A stretch of 64,000 nt of DNA from Candidatus Latescibacterota bacterium (GTDB lineage Bacteria; Krumholzibacteriota; Krumholzibacteriia; WVZY01): the NCBI GenBank assembly GCA_963791045.1, contig CAWBQK010000006.1, forward strand, positions 128,001 to 192,000, written 5' to 3'. A program made the translations under genes and the position numbers. Position 1 is the first letter of the stretch. Every line of letters begins with the position of its first letter. This document shows positions 8,406-20,016 of this stretch, in pieces. A model generated the notes under the pieces. That model was not told the DNA's origin and did no database searches. It saw only the letters and a program-made list of their open reading frames with translations.

Positions 8406-11400
8406 CGGCGCCGGGCGCGGGTTCATCTTCGAAAACGGCGAGGACTCAACGGCGGTTCTTTCGGGCGTCACGATCAAGAACGGGCAGGAGCAAGTGGGCG
8501 GCGCCGTGTATGTCCGCATGTCACGCCCGAGAATCATCGATAACAAATTTGTGTCAAATAATGCGGTGACCGACGGCGGGGCCATTTATTGGAGTCTTGC
8601 CGGTGGCGCGCCCGTCGACGGGAATCGTGGGTAATATTTTCAGGGACAACGTAGCCGGAGACCGCGGCGGCGGACTTGTTTGTCCAATCGAGTTCGCCGA
8701 TTGTCACCGACAACACGTTTGCAACCAACAATGCCTCGCGCGGCGGCGGGGTCGCGGTAGGGAGTTCGAGCGCTGTTTTCAGAGATAACGTCGTTGAGAC
8801 GAATACCGTCACGCGAATCGGGTGGCGGCCTCCACTGCTCGGGGTCGTCGATAACCACATTCAACGGGACGAGGATTATCAGGCAACGATGCCGGCCAGA
8901 ACGGCGGAGGCGTGTACTTTGATATTTCGGGCAATATTCTGACAAACGTTTTGATCGCCGGCAACACGGCGGGACTGTTGGGTGGCGGTGTGTATTGTTG
9001 GGTGTCGGGCGATCCGGTGTTTACAAACTGCACGATCGTCGGCAACGGCGGTGGGACCAACGCGGGCAACATTGTGACCACTGACGGCAGCCCCGTATTC
9101 GACAGATCGATTGTCGCTTTCGCGACCGAAGGGCCCGCGGTTCAGTGTTTCGGTTCGGCGGTTCCGGTTTTTACCTGCTCGGATTTGTATGGCAACGCCG
9201 GGGGAGACGTGATTTGCGGCAGCGATGGCGGTGACAATTTTTCGCTGGATCCACTGTTTTGCGACGTTGGAGCGGGTGACTTTGCACTTGGAACGTGGTC
9301 TCCGTGCACGGCCATGGAGAGCCCTTGCGGTGAGCTTGTCGGCGCGTTTCCCGTGGACTGCATCGGTTCCGTGCCCACGAGGCGAATTTATGTCAAACAT
9401 GACGCGGCGGGGTTGAGTAACGGAACGTCGTGGGCCGACGCCTATCCAAATGTACAAGCTGCTCTGGGCCCCGCGGCAAGCGGCGACACCATCTGGGTTG
9501 CGGTGGGGACGTACGTTCCCACGTCAACGACCGACCGGACTGTTGGCGTTTGTGATGAAGAACGGTGTTGATGGTTGTCGGTGGGTTTGCCGGGACGGAA
9601 ACACTGCTCGAAGAGCGCGATGTCGACATGAACCCGACGATTTTAAGTGGCGACATCGGCGCTCCCGGTATGGCGGACAACTCATACCACGTTGTTATCG
9701 CGATCGGGAGTGGATTCCACATCCGTTTTCGATGGATTCACGATTACAGGAGGAAAAGCCGACGGAGCTATCCCGAATATCTCGGCGGCGGGATTTACAT
9801 GGTCGCCGGCTCTCCGACATTCAAGAACGTCACGGTCACGCTCAACTCGGCGATTGGTGGCGCCGGGAATGTTTGCGGCGGATGCGAGCGATCCGACTTT
9901 CGTCGATGCCGCTTTTGTCGACAATTGCAGCTGCGAGTACGGACTCAAAACCGGGGGTGGGATCAAGCTCGACTACAGCGATGCGACTCTAATCAATGTG
10001 GTGTTCGACGGCAATTCAGCCCGTCTCGGCGGTGCGCTCTATCACCGCGGGACCGGCACCACACGTCTTATCAATTGTCTTTTTATAAACAACCTCGCCA
10101 CCGATGACGGCGGAACCGAAGGATGGGGTGGCTGTATTTATGCGACCAGCGACGGGGTTATAAATCTCACAAACGTGACAATGGTGGGGAATCATGCGGA
10201 TCAGACGTGTGGAGGGATCTACAATACCGGGTACGGTGCTCCAGCTTATGTGGTGCTCACAAACTCGATTGTCTCGGGAAACACATCGTCTATCGGCGAA
10301 GACAACATACGAAATGTCCAGGATGCGGTGACAACGGTGAGTTACTCGCTCGTGCGCGGGTCCGGCGGCAGCGGCCCCGATTGGGTTGGGTCTGTCGGAG
10401 TCGATGCGGGTCACAACATCGACGCCGATCCTCTTTTTGTCGACGAAATCACACTCGACCTTCGGCTCTTTTTCGGCTCGCCCGCGATGGAGGCGGGGAA
10501 CAATTCCGCGCCGGATCTCTACATGAGCGATCTCGAAGGCGATCCGAGAGTTCTCGGAGCGGTTGTCGATATGGGCGCCTACGAAACCGAAATCGAATGC
10601 CCGCCAGCGAATGTTTTTTATGTCGATGTGGATGCGACGGGTGTGGGGAATGGGTCGTCATGGGGAGATGCGTTCAAGACGGTACCGCAGGCGCTCAGCA
10701 TGCGTTCGGTGTGCGGAGCCATCGACGAGATCTGGGTCGCGGCGGGCACGTACACACCGGTTGTCTCGGGCTACCAAACGGAGACGTTCACCCTCCGAAA
10801 CGGGCTGGCTCTCTACGGTGGATTTCGCCGGCGGGGAGACATCGCTCAGCGAACGAGACATCACGGCCAACCCAACAATACTCTCCGGTGAAATCAAAAA
10901 CGCCGGCACAAGCGACAACAGCTATCATGTCGTAACCGCTGACGGTGTCGATTCGACGGCCGTTCTCGATGGTTTTGTGGTAACAGCGGGAAACACGTTC
11001 GGAGCGTCGAACGAACATGGTGCGGGACTTATCTCCACGAGCGCAAGTCCGACAATCCGCAACACGACCTTTGCCGACAACTCGGGAGAGTTTGGTGGCG
11101 CGGTCTACTGCAGCGGCGGCTCGCCCGTCTTTATCGACTGCCGTTTTGTCGATAATGCCGGAGAGCTCGGCGGCGCCTTCGCCGCCGTGAATACGGCGGG
11201 CGCGCGTCTCGTGAACGCATGGTTTGGCGGGAACAACGGAAACTTTGGCGGTGCCGTGTATGTGCAATTGGGGACCCTTGCAATCGTCAACTCTGTATTC
11301 TACGACAATTATGTTATCAACTATGGCGGAGGGATCTACAACGTCGTTGGTAACGTTACCGTCACCAACGGAACCTTCCACGCCAACACGGCAACCGACG

Positions 11401-12080
11401 GCGGCGCCATGGCAAACAATGGCGCCAGCCCGGTGATCACCAACTCGATCTTTTGGGGCGACACAGGCGGTGAGATTTACAACTTTGCCGGCAGTGCTCC
11501 GGTGGTGTCGTATTCGCTTGTCGAAGCTTCGGGAGGAAGCGGTCCCGGTTGGAGCTCGGCCGTTGGCATTGACGGCGGCAACAACCTCGACACCGATCCG
11601 CTTTTTGAAGACGCTGCGAACGCCGATTTTCGCCTGGGTTCGGGATCTCTTGCGATCGACAGTGGGGACAACACCGCGTCTGAACTTGCAGTCACCGATT
11701 TCGACGGCCTTCCGCGTGTGATGGGGGGGACGGTCGACATGGGTGCCTACGAATTTGATTTGGGTGTCGGAATCGATCCGCCGATCACGCCCACGATCAT
11801 CTATGGAACCAAAATCAATTCGGTCTATCCGAATCCCTTCAACCCATCTACGACGATCTCATTCGAGCTCGCGCGTACCGGTCATGCCCGGATCGACATC
11901 TATGACGTCAGGGGTCGCCGCGTACTTCGGGCCGTCGACGATGTGCTCACTGCTGGGCCGCACACTTTTGTGTGGAAAGCAATCGACGTCGACGGTGGAC
12001 ACGTGGCGAGCGGCGTGTATTTCGCGCGTCTCAAGTTCGACGGCAAAGTCGATGTCCGCAAAATCGTTCTTCTGAAGTAG
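8404..12080 (+). CDS. Large secreted right-handed beta-helix (PMP/choice-of-anchor-Q-like) protein with C-terminal FlgD-Ig/T9SS-like domain; 5' truncated, several frameshifts
   Basis: Repeated GGG/GGA..F..N motifs across ORFs 8676, 8912, 9565, 9647 and 10563; DPLF and VDMGAYE module ends; tail YPNPFNPSTTISF...IYDVRGR.V...ASGVYF.RL. Confidence 0.8.
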
Positions 12081-12102
12081 GGCACAAGGAAAGATAACCC
12101 GT

Positions 12103-12148
12103 GAAAACGCCCGGGCTTGCTGCGAAACAAGGCCCGGGCGTTTTCTTT
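12103..12148. terminator. Bidirectional intrinsic terminator
   Basis: gaaaacgcccggg...cccgggcgttttc. Confidence 0.8.
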
Positions 12149-12176
12149 CAATCAGGCTGGTTCGTGCGGTTCGCCG

Positions 12177-12713
12177 TTAGCGCTTCTGCACTTTCGGCGG
12201 GTACTGATCCATTGTCTTCGCGATCGCCTTGTTGATGTTGTTCTCCATCATCTCCGGCGTCGGGTCGACATTCATGGCTGTGTGGGCGGTTCCACGCCAG
12301 GCGAGATGTTCCGTCTTGGCGTCAATCAGGTCAATAATCAGGATGCCGCCGCCTTCCTTCCAAACTTCGGCGTTTGTGTAATCTTGCTTGTAAGGTACCG
12401 AGTAATCGACCGACTGACTGGTTTTATCCGCAGTGCCAAAGGTGTAGAAGACGAGAACGTCGGGGTTAACGTCGACCTTTGTGAAACCCTTTTTCGCCAT
12501 CTCCCTATCCATCGCCATTCTCATCAGTTCATCCGCCCGCATCCACTTGCCCGTTGGGGCGCGCTCGTCCTGCGGAACATCCATCCACGCGTACGTGTTG
12601 AATTTCTCAAACGGCGCATAATCGTCGAATTCCTGTTTGACTTCAACCATCTGTGAGCAGCCGAGGGCGGCGATCATCAATACGCAAACTGCACCTAGAA
12701 CCAATCGTCTCAT
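12177..12713 (-). CDS. DUF4136-like lipoprotein
   Basis: Lipobox ALGC; F.KFNTYAW; G.LIIDLIDAKT..L.WRG; YPP end. Confidence 0.85.
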   Translation of the reverse strand: MRRLVLGAVCVLMIAALGCSQMVEVKQEFDDYAPFEKFNTYAWMDVPQDERAPTGKWMRADELMRMAMDREMAKKGFTKVDVNPDVLVFYTFGTADKTSQSVDYSVPYKQDYTNAEVWKEGGGILIIDLIDAKTEHLAWRGTAHTAMNVDPTPEMMENNINKAIAKTMDQYPPKVQKR

Positions 12714-12926
12714 CAGAATCCTCCCGGTCTAACCAACGCGGAATAAGAAACGTAACTAACGAATGAGGGGCCCCCTCACTCGGGATTTTTGACGTGGAGA
12801 AATCAGTTTTTGCGGCTGATTCGACACGCCGCTAGCATACTTCAGACACCGAAACTTTGCAACCGGTGCATGCCGGGGGGGGAGATTCGGCTGTACAAGC
12901 GCCGATCCTGATACAATATTTGGGCA

Positions 12927-13977
12927 ATGACCCACCTTTTCCGGCAGCGCTTATCGATTGTAGCCCTTTTTCTGTCCGCCGCCGTTCTGATCGGCTGCGG
13001 CCCTGAAGAGCGGATCAGCTCGCCCGACTCGGGGCAAGCGGCGTATTCTCTTGACAATCAACAAGTTGCCACACCGCACACCAGGGGATCTTTCCCGCTC
13101 GAGACGGCCAGCCGATGGGAATATTTGCGGACATTTGAGTTTCAAGATCGAATACCTCAATGCGCCGGCGCCGGCGCCGGGAGAGGTATATGAAGCCGTT
13201 GTCGAGCGTACGATGATCGGGACTGAGAGAATCTCCGGGCTGGAGTACGCCGTTGAGGAAGCGGTCATTTGGATTCCAGACGGTAATCCTCCCGTCAAAC
13301 GATGGACCCGTTTCCGGGAAGATCACGCGGGTTTGTACGTTGCGGACGTCCCCATAAACTGGCCGCCGGGCGCGCCTATCGCGGCATCTACGGGTGGGCG
13401 CGGCGCGAGCGCCGACGGGACGCTTGATAACATGATGATCCCCGGGTGGGATTCCATCGCCCCCAGCGTTGATGAAACAGTCGCCGAGTTGACACGGTCG
13501 GCATGGCGCCGGCACACGCGGGCACTCAGTGAGATACACTCGATGCTCGAACCCGGCGGGACCGCCGGCGGGGGAAAGATCGCGATGGAAATGACGGGCC
13601 GGCCGGGCGGCCTGCTCGCCGGTGAACTCTTCTGGCTGCCGTATCCGCCGCATCCCAGGATGACCTGGATCCAGAGATTCGCCCCATTCCGAATCATCTC
13701 GGAAGTAGAGGCCCACGAATCGCTCGACCTGCCCGCGGGACGGTTTCCCGCCTGGAGGGTGCGGATCCACAATAGTCTTCTCGACGAGGATGACAGCGTG
13801 GTCGTGTGGTTCGGGCGTTGCGGTCGTTTGAGTTTTGACATTCACAAGGAGACAATTGCTCTCGACATCGATTCGGGCGAGATGGTTCGGATCTCGAGCG
13901 ACGAGGTTGAAGTTCTCACGCGTGTCGATCTCGCCGAGCCCGGTCGCTGCAGCGGTGGTTCCGGCGCCGACGAGTAA
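12927..13977 (+). CDS. Hypothetical lipoprotein (frameshift near 13140)
   Basis: Signal peptide with LIGC lipobox in ORF 12927; continues in ORF 13051 with a PAGRF motif. Confidence 0.6.
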
Positions 13978-14205
13978 ATACCTCGGGCTGTCTCGTTCAA
14001 AGACCCTCCTTCCCCAAATAATCTTTCCGTCGATTTCTTCTCGGGCTCTTATCTGCTTTCTCTCGAAATGTATCCACTTTTTGCCGCTCGCACGCCCTGT
14101 TCGACGTTTTGTTTATTGACGATTTTCGAACAAGCATCCAATATAGGGCGATTCAACGCGATCTCACGGCACGCCAGGCACGGGCAATCCAAGAAGGAAC
14201 ATCTT

Positions 14206-15021
14206 ATGACAAAGACAGAGACAAACGAGGCAGTCACCGGTCTCGATTCGTTAGATCATCATTGGTTGTACGAGCAGGCCGTCCAGAGCCCCGATCACGA
14301 CATCCCGTTTTTTGAAAAGATTTACAAAAAGAAAAACGACAAGATGCCGCGTGTTTTCCGCGAGGATTTTTGTGGTACCGCGCTGCTTTCGGCGACGTGG
14401 GTCAAAAGGCATCCCGAGAACAGGGCCATCGGCATCGATCTCGATGAGTCGGTCCTCGACTGGGCGCGGACCCACAATCAAAAGCCGCTGGGGGATGACG
14501 CGGATCGCCTGACGCTTTTGTGTTCCGATGTGCGCGAGATCAGTGAGCCCAAGGCCGACGTCATCGCGGCGTTGAACTTCTCATATTTTATTTTCAAGGA
14601 ACGGGAAGATCTGATCGGGTATTTTCGCTCGGCGCGCCTGGCGCTCAACGACGGCGGGATCTTTGCCCTCGATATATTCGGAGGCTGGGAGTCGCAGATG
14701 GAGAAGAGGGAGAAAACTCGTAACGAAGGGTTTACCTACACCTGGGAACAAAAACGTTTTGACCCGGTGACCAACCACACGCGATTTCATATTCATTTCA
14801 CATTGCACAAGGGCGGCTCAATAAAGAAAGCATTCACCTACGACTGGCGGATGTGGAGCATTCCCGAGATCAGGGATATTCTCAACGCTGCGGGGTTCGA
14901 GAAAACAAGGGTGTACTGGGAAGGCGTGGACAAGAAGACGGGGGAGGTCGACGGGGATTTCCGCCCGGTGGATTCGGCGAAAAACTGCCCCGCGTGGAAC
15001 GCGCTGATAATCTCGTCGTGA
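14206..15021 (+). CDS. Class I SAM-dependent methyltransferase
   Basis: LYEQAVQ, REDFCGTA, GIDLD, LNFSY, YDWRMWS. Confidence 0.85.
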   Translation: MTKTETNEAVTGLDSLDHHWLYEQAVQSPDHDIPFFEKIYKKKNDKMPRVFREDFCGTALLSATWVKRHPENRAIGIDLDESVLDWARTHNQKPLGDDADRLTLLCSDVREISEPKADVIAALNFSYFIFKEREDLIGYFRSARLALNDGGIFALDIFGGWESQMEKREKTRNEGFTYTWEQKRFDPVTNHTRFHIHFTLHKGGSIKKAFTYDWRMWSIPEIRDILNAAGFEKTRVYWEGVDKKTGEVDGDFRPVDSAKNCPAWNALIISS

Positions 15022-15026
15022 GTTTT

Positions 15027-15527
15027 CTATTCGGCTTCGGGAGAGCGGAGAAGCGCCGCAATCCGTTCGACCCCGCCGCCTATCAGGACGATTCCCGCAA
15101 CGATCATGATGATGATTCCCGCGATGGGGATCGGATCGAACTTGACCGACGCGTTGATTGATGTCGTCTGCTCGGAATCATCAGCGCCTATCCAGGTCGC
15201 GGTGATCGTTACGATTCCCGATTCGGACGGCGTCCAATCAAACGTTCCATCCGCCGCGGTCTTGCCCACAACACTTGCCCGTTCAACGGCGCTTCCCGGG
15301 CGGTATGTCGCCGTGACTTCGGCGCCGGCAACCGAGATTCCCATATCGTCGGTTACATGAATCCGCGTGGACTGTTTCACCGAGGGAAACGCGGTATCGA
15401 GAATGATATCCGCGTGAATCGGCGGGGCCGCCAGGGTGAGAACCACGGTAACTGCGACTGCCAGCGCAAAGACTTTTCCCAATAGAAGGGCGTCATCCAA
15501 CAAAAGAGTCCTATTCGTCTTTCGCAA
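15027..15527 (-). CDS. Exported Ig-like protein with a C-terminal TM helix, coupled to the NSS transporter
   Basis: TTG start after GGAGGGG, overlapping the transporter 3' end; signal peptide; GAEVTATY...GKT.ADG beta domain; C-terminal TM. Confidence 0.7.
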   Translation of the reverse strand: MRKTNRTLLLDDALLLGKVFALAVAVTVVLTLAAPPIHADIILDTAFPSVKQSTRIHVTDDMGISVAGAEVTATYRPGSAVERASVVGKTAADGTFDWTPSESGIVTITATWIGADDSEQTTSINASVKFDPIPIAGIIIMIVAGIVLIGGGVERIAALLRSPEAE

Positions 15528-17065
15528 AGCTACCCCTCCGCGCAAGAATGAAGGCAACCACGGTACATGAGATAAACCAAAACGCGAGAATCACGGGTGG
15601 TGAATAGCGCATAAAACTGTATTTGTCGCTGTAATTATCCGCGTAGTCCGTCCCAAAGATTCCGTTCTCCACTTCGCCCCAGATCGAGTACCCCAGGACC
15701 AGCAACAGCAGGACGGGAATGACGTATTTGATTAGAACGTCGAACCACACTCCGAGTTTTATCATCGAATTTCCATTGAGGTGTGTTCGGATCTTGTCCG
15801 CTCCAAGAACCCACCCAACGAGGAGGCACTCAGAGAGCCCGACCATAAGGAGCCCGTACGAGAAAGCCCAGTGATCCATCAGGTCGAGGAGCGACAGGCC
15901 CAGCGTGCCGTTATTTTCGAGCCCCGGGATTGACGACCTGGGGAAGCGCAAAAATGGCGCTGCCGGTAAACCCGACGCCGGCGGCGATCGCGATTGTCTT
16001 TTTGCGCGTCCAACCGAACTTGTCGCGCATCGAGGAGACAAGTGCTTCAACGAGTGACACCGATGACGTCAGTCCGGCAAGAAGCAAGAGCGCAAAGAAC
16101 ACCACGCCGAAGATTGTTACCGAGTTGGAGGGAAGTTCGGCGATGCCCTGCGGTAGAACAAAAAACATCATTCCGAGTGTGCTCGCCTGCGGGACGATGG
16201 CGAATGCGAAAAGGATCGAAAATACGGCGAGACCGGCAATATAAGCGAATCCCGAGTCAAGTAGTGACGTGATCACCGAATTTGTCGTCAGATCGCTTTT
16301 TTTGGGCAAATAGGACGCATATGCGGTCATGATTCCAAACCCGAGAGACAAAGAAAAGAATGTTTGTCCAAATGCACCCTGCCAGACGGCTGGATCTTTC
16401 ATCACCTCGAAGTTTGGTGTGAAGAGAAGATAGACACCCTGCATTCCGTTCTCGAGTGTGACTCCTCTTACGATGAGGATGATCATAAAGAGCCACATGA
16501 GAGGCACGAATACCTTCGTTGCCGACTCGATCGTCTCGACACCTTTGCGGACGATAATGATATTGAACACCCATACCAGGGCGACAAAGAGGATCGGCTT
16601 CCATGTCGAGAGCATCTGAAAAAAGAACGCGTACGGGTTCGCCAGATCGCCTTCGGCCATCCCGAACGCGGGAAGCGGAAGAGACTCTTTCCATAAAGCG
16701 CCAAATGCCCCGAAAAGCATTCCGACGACCCACGAAAGAATCGTGATGTAGTACATCGTGATGAAGCCGGAGTTGAGGTTTGCCCACCAACCGACAAATT
16801 CACCCTTCTTCCCGGCGACCCGATGCAGCGATTCGGGAAATGCGCGGCCGGTGAAGTTCCCGAGGCCGAACTCGAGAATCATCACGGGTATGCCAAATAC
16901 AAATAGTGCCAGCAGATAGGGAAGATAAAAAGCGCCGCCGCCAAACTTGTAGGCGTTGGCCGAGAAGAAAACGATGTTTCCAAGGCCGATGGCGGAACCG
17001 GAAGCCGCGAGGATGAATCCGACACGAGATTTCCACTGACCGCGATGAGAGAGTTCCTGTGACAA
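15511..17065 (-). CDS. Sodium-dependent transporter, NSS/SNF family (frameshift near 15925)
   Basis: RGQWKSRVGFILAASGSAIGLGN, GGGAFY.PY, QTFFSLSLGFG.M.AYASY. Confidence 0.92.
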
Positions 17066-17344
17066 AGGGTCCCCCTGGTTTGGAATAAGTCGACCCGGCG
17101 CCGCGATCGCGGCAGACGGTATTCAATAACCCATGTGGCGGAAACGAAACGACGACACTATATCGTTGACACAACACAGGTGTCAAGATGTTTAGCATTG
17201 GATAACGGATGTGGTTGCAATCGGTTCTGCGCTTTTACGGGTGTTTTGATTCGGCTTGAATTCGTATCATCTATAATAGATACTCGACATGCGGACGACT
17301 CTGGAGGGACTCCGGATGGTAGCTATTTTTGACTGGGGGGACCC

Positions 17345-18352
17345 ATGCGATTTGTTGTCTATGGCGCAGGCGCCGTCGGGAGCGTTCTCGGTGGTCACCT
17401 CGCGCTAAAAAAGCATGACGTGCTGCTCGTTTGCCGTGAACCGCACGCAAAGGCCATCAATGACAACGGCGGGTTGCGGATGAAATCGGCGACGGGTGAG
17501 TATGTCGCCGATCTCAAAGCGGTGACGGCGCTCGGCGAGGCCGATCTGCAGGGCGACGTGTGTGTGATTTTCACACCGAAATCAAATGACACCGAGAGTT
17601 GTGTGGAGACCCTCGCGGCGGTGGCTCCGCCGGATATTCCTATCGTTAGTTTTCAGAATGGAATATCCAACGAAGACATCATCGCCGGGACCTTCGAGAA
17701 TGTGTTCGGCGGGGTGTGCCGGATGACGTGCTCTCTGCTTCAGCCCGGGCACGTGTCATTTCGGAAATCGGGCCGGCTCATACGTAGGCAAACACCCGCG
17801 GGGCGCCCACAACTTTCCCAAGATGCTGGTGCCGATCTTGAACGATGCGGGTTTCGAGGTCTCCGTCTCGAAGAGTATCCTCTGCGACAAATGGCTCAAA
17901 CTCGTTGTCAATCTTCAGAGCGGGCTCAACGCGATAATTGATAATCGCGATCACGACACGTTTGAGTTTATTGAGCTGAAGGTCGGCGTACTGGAGGAAG
18001 CGAAAAAAGTTCTTCGAGCGTCAAAAAAACGGGCGAAATCGTGCGATGACAGGGACCTGTCCGTCGATGACGTGATCAACGAACTCAGGAAACCGAAAGC
18101 GCCCGGCCCGTCACGGGCGTCAGGGTCAACAATTCGACGTGGCAGAGTCTGTATCTCAAACGAAAAAAAATCGAAAATAGTTTTTTCCACGGGCCGATAA
18201 TCGAAATGGCGGCGGAAAACGATATTATGGTCCCGTTCAACGAGACGGCGCTCGCGCTCGTGAACGAGTCGTCAAACGATGACCTGGGCCCGGGCGCGTT
18301 CAGAGCGCGCGAAATCCTCAATGAAATCAAGAAGAGGGGCGGAGATAGTTGA
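17345..18352 (+). CDS. panE: Ketopantoate reductase family protein (two frameshifts)
   Basis: GAGAVG, PKS, FQNG, KW.KLVVN, NSTWQ, P.N motifs spread over three frames. Confidence 0.8.
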
Positions 18353-20016
18353 AAGCTTTTTTGTACACTTTGATACTCACAGCCGTGCTGATTTCAGCCG
18401 TCATCTATCTTCAGTCTATCCCCGAAGAGCCGAAGCCGATCCATGGTGATGATCCCATGCCGATGAGCGTAAAAAGCGAGACGCCCGAACTGTCGTCCAT
18501 AGGCAAACAAGAGGTCGCCGTAGAGAATCGTGATGCGTTGTTCTCCACCGGTGTCGAACTTCTCGACCTGTGGCATCTCCCCGAGGCCGCTGATATTTTC
18601 GAAGCCGTCGTCGAGTTTGATTCCACGCATGTGGGGGCGTATCTCAAGCTCGTCGAATGTTACGCGCACCCGATTATGCGTCTCGAAACCAGGGCGAAGC
18701 AAAACCTCGACAACGCGCTTCGGGTCGCGAGGGATACCGGCGCGGACACGCTCTGGGCCGTAGCTCTCAGCAATCTGTTTGTTGCGGGTGAGCCCGAAGG
18801 CGCGATTGGCGCGCTCAAGAGGCTCGAACGCGAGAACAAGAATGTCGATGATGTGCTTCTTTTTCTCGGCGCCGCTCATATTGAGAACGGTGAACCCAAA
18901 GAGGCGGAGCGCTATCTTGGCGATCTTCTCGATCGCGATCCGAGCATGGGGCGAGCCAAGGAACTCTTTATCCGCTGCAAGGTGGCGGCGGGTGAACTCG
19001 AAGTCGCCGAACTTACGGCGAGGGATCTCGCGGCGCTCTATCCGGAGGAGCCTTACCCCTACGTTCTTCTCTCCCAGGTTCTTCTTCTCGAGGGCAAGGT
19101 CGACGAGGCGGTTGAGTTTGGAAACAACGCGCTTCGGCTCGACCCGAGGTACGTCCCCGCGATTGCCGCCCGGGCGCGGCTGAACGTGGCCGAAGGAGAA
19201 CTCGGAGCCGCCAGGGTGAATTTCGAAAAACTGCTTCTGTTCGACAAACCGATGCTGTCCTCATTCGGGACGGCCGGGATCGCGCATGTGGAGTTTCTTC
19301 AGGGTGATTTTGATCGGGCGGCCCGGGACATGGACGAGGCGATCCGTCTTGCGATGAGTGCGGGGTCGACGCAGTGCGGGCTGGTTCACGCCTTTCATTT
19401 GATCGGGTACCTTTGTGAACTCGGCCGGATCGATATGGCGTTGGCCGTTCTCGATAGATGGGTGACGCGTTTCGGTGACATCCCGACCCGGTTGGGGCAG
19501 ATGAGAATCCTTGTCGCCCAGGGTGACATGGCTTCCGTTCGTCACGGGCTCGACAGGATAAAAGAGGCGAGGTCGTGGCGGCATTGGATGCGCATCCTGG
19601 AGATGGATTATATAAATATCGAGGCGCTGACGATGATCCACGAGGACAATTTTGCCGGCGCTCTTGAAACGATGACCGCCGCCGAATCGGGTTTTGACAG
19701 CGGCGGGCGCCGTGCGTATCTCAGGGGCTATGCATCGTTCGAGAGTGGCGCGGCCGAGCAGGCGGCGGCCTATTTCGAAACGGCGAGGGCGCGGATGCTC
19801 GACCTCGAATTTCCCTACCTGGGCGATCCGGTATTATATGTTAAGTCGGTGTTCTTCCAGGCCGAAGTGGCGTTTGCCCGCGGTGAAGCGGATGCGGCGG
19901 GCGTGTTCTATGCGGAGTTTCTCGACATGTGGGGGGGCGCTGTGTGGAGTCTCCAGGCCGTCGACCGGGCCCGGGAAAATCTCGACACGCTTTCAGGAGC
20001 CCCATCGGACGGTTAG
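18349..20016 (+). CDS. N-terminally anchored TPR protein
   Basis: Hydrophobic N-terminus and multiple TPR-like helical repeats. Confidence 0.75.
   Translation: MKAFLYTLILTAVLISAVIYLQSIPEEPKPIHGDDPMPMSVKSETPELSSIGKQEVAVENRDALFSTGVELLDLWHLPEAADIFEAVVEFDSTHVGAYLKLVECYAHPIMRLETRAKQNLDNALRVARDTGADTLWAVALSNLFVAGEPEGAIGALKRLERENKNVDDVLLFLGAAHIENGEPKEAERYLGDLLDRDPSMGRAKELFIRCKVAAGELEVAELTARDLAALYPEEPYPYVLLSQVLLLEGKVDEAVEFGNNALRLDPRYVPAIAARARLNVAEGELGAARVNFEKLLLFDKPMLSSFGTAGIAHVEFLQGDFDRAARDMDEAIRLAMSAGSTQCGLVHAFHLIGYLCELGRIDMALAVLDRWVTRFGDIPTRLGQMRILVAQGDMASVRHGLDRIKEARSWRHWMRILEMDYINIEALTMIHEDNFAGALETMTAAESGFDSGGRRAYLRGYASFESGAAEQAAAYFETARARMLDLEFPYLGDPVLYVKSVFFQAEVAFARGEADAAGVFYAEFLDMWGGAVWSLQAVDRARENLDTLSGAPSDG

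Noticed and set aside
8385-8420. Horizontal transfer or mobile element boundary
   Set aside because: Both flanking genes are truncated, no mobility genes are present, and the right side carries core housekeeping genes of another genome
12858-12875. Sigma-54-like motif upstream of the DUF4136 gene
   Set aside because: GG-to-GC spacing is 12 nt rather than the required 10
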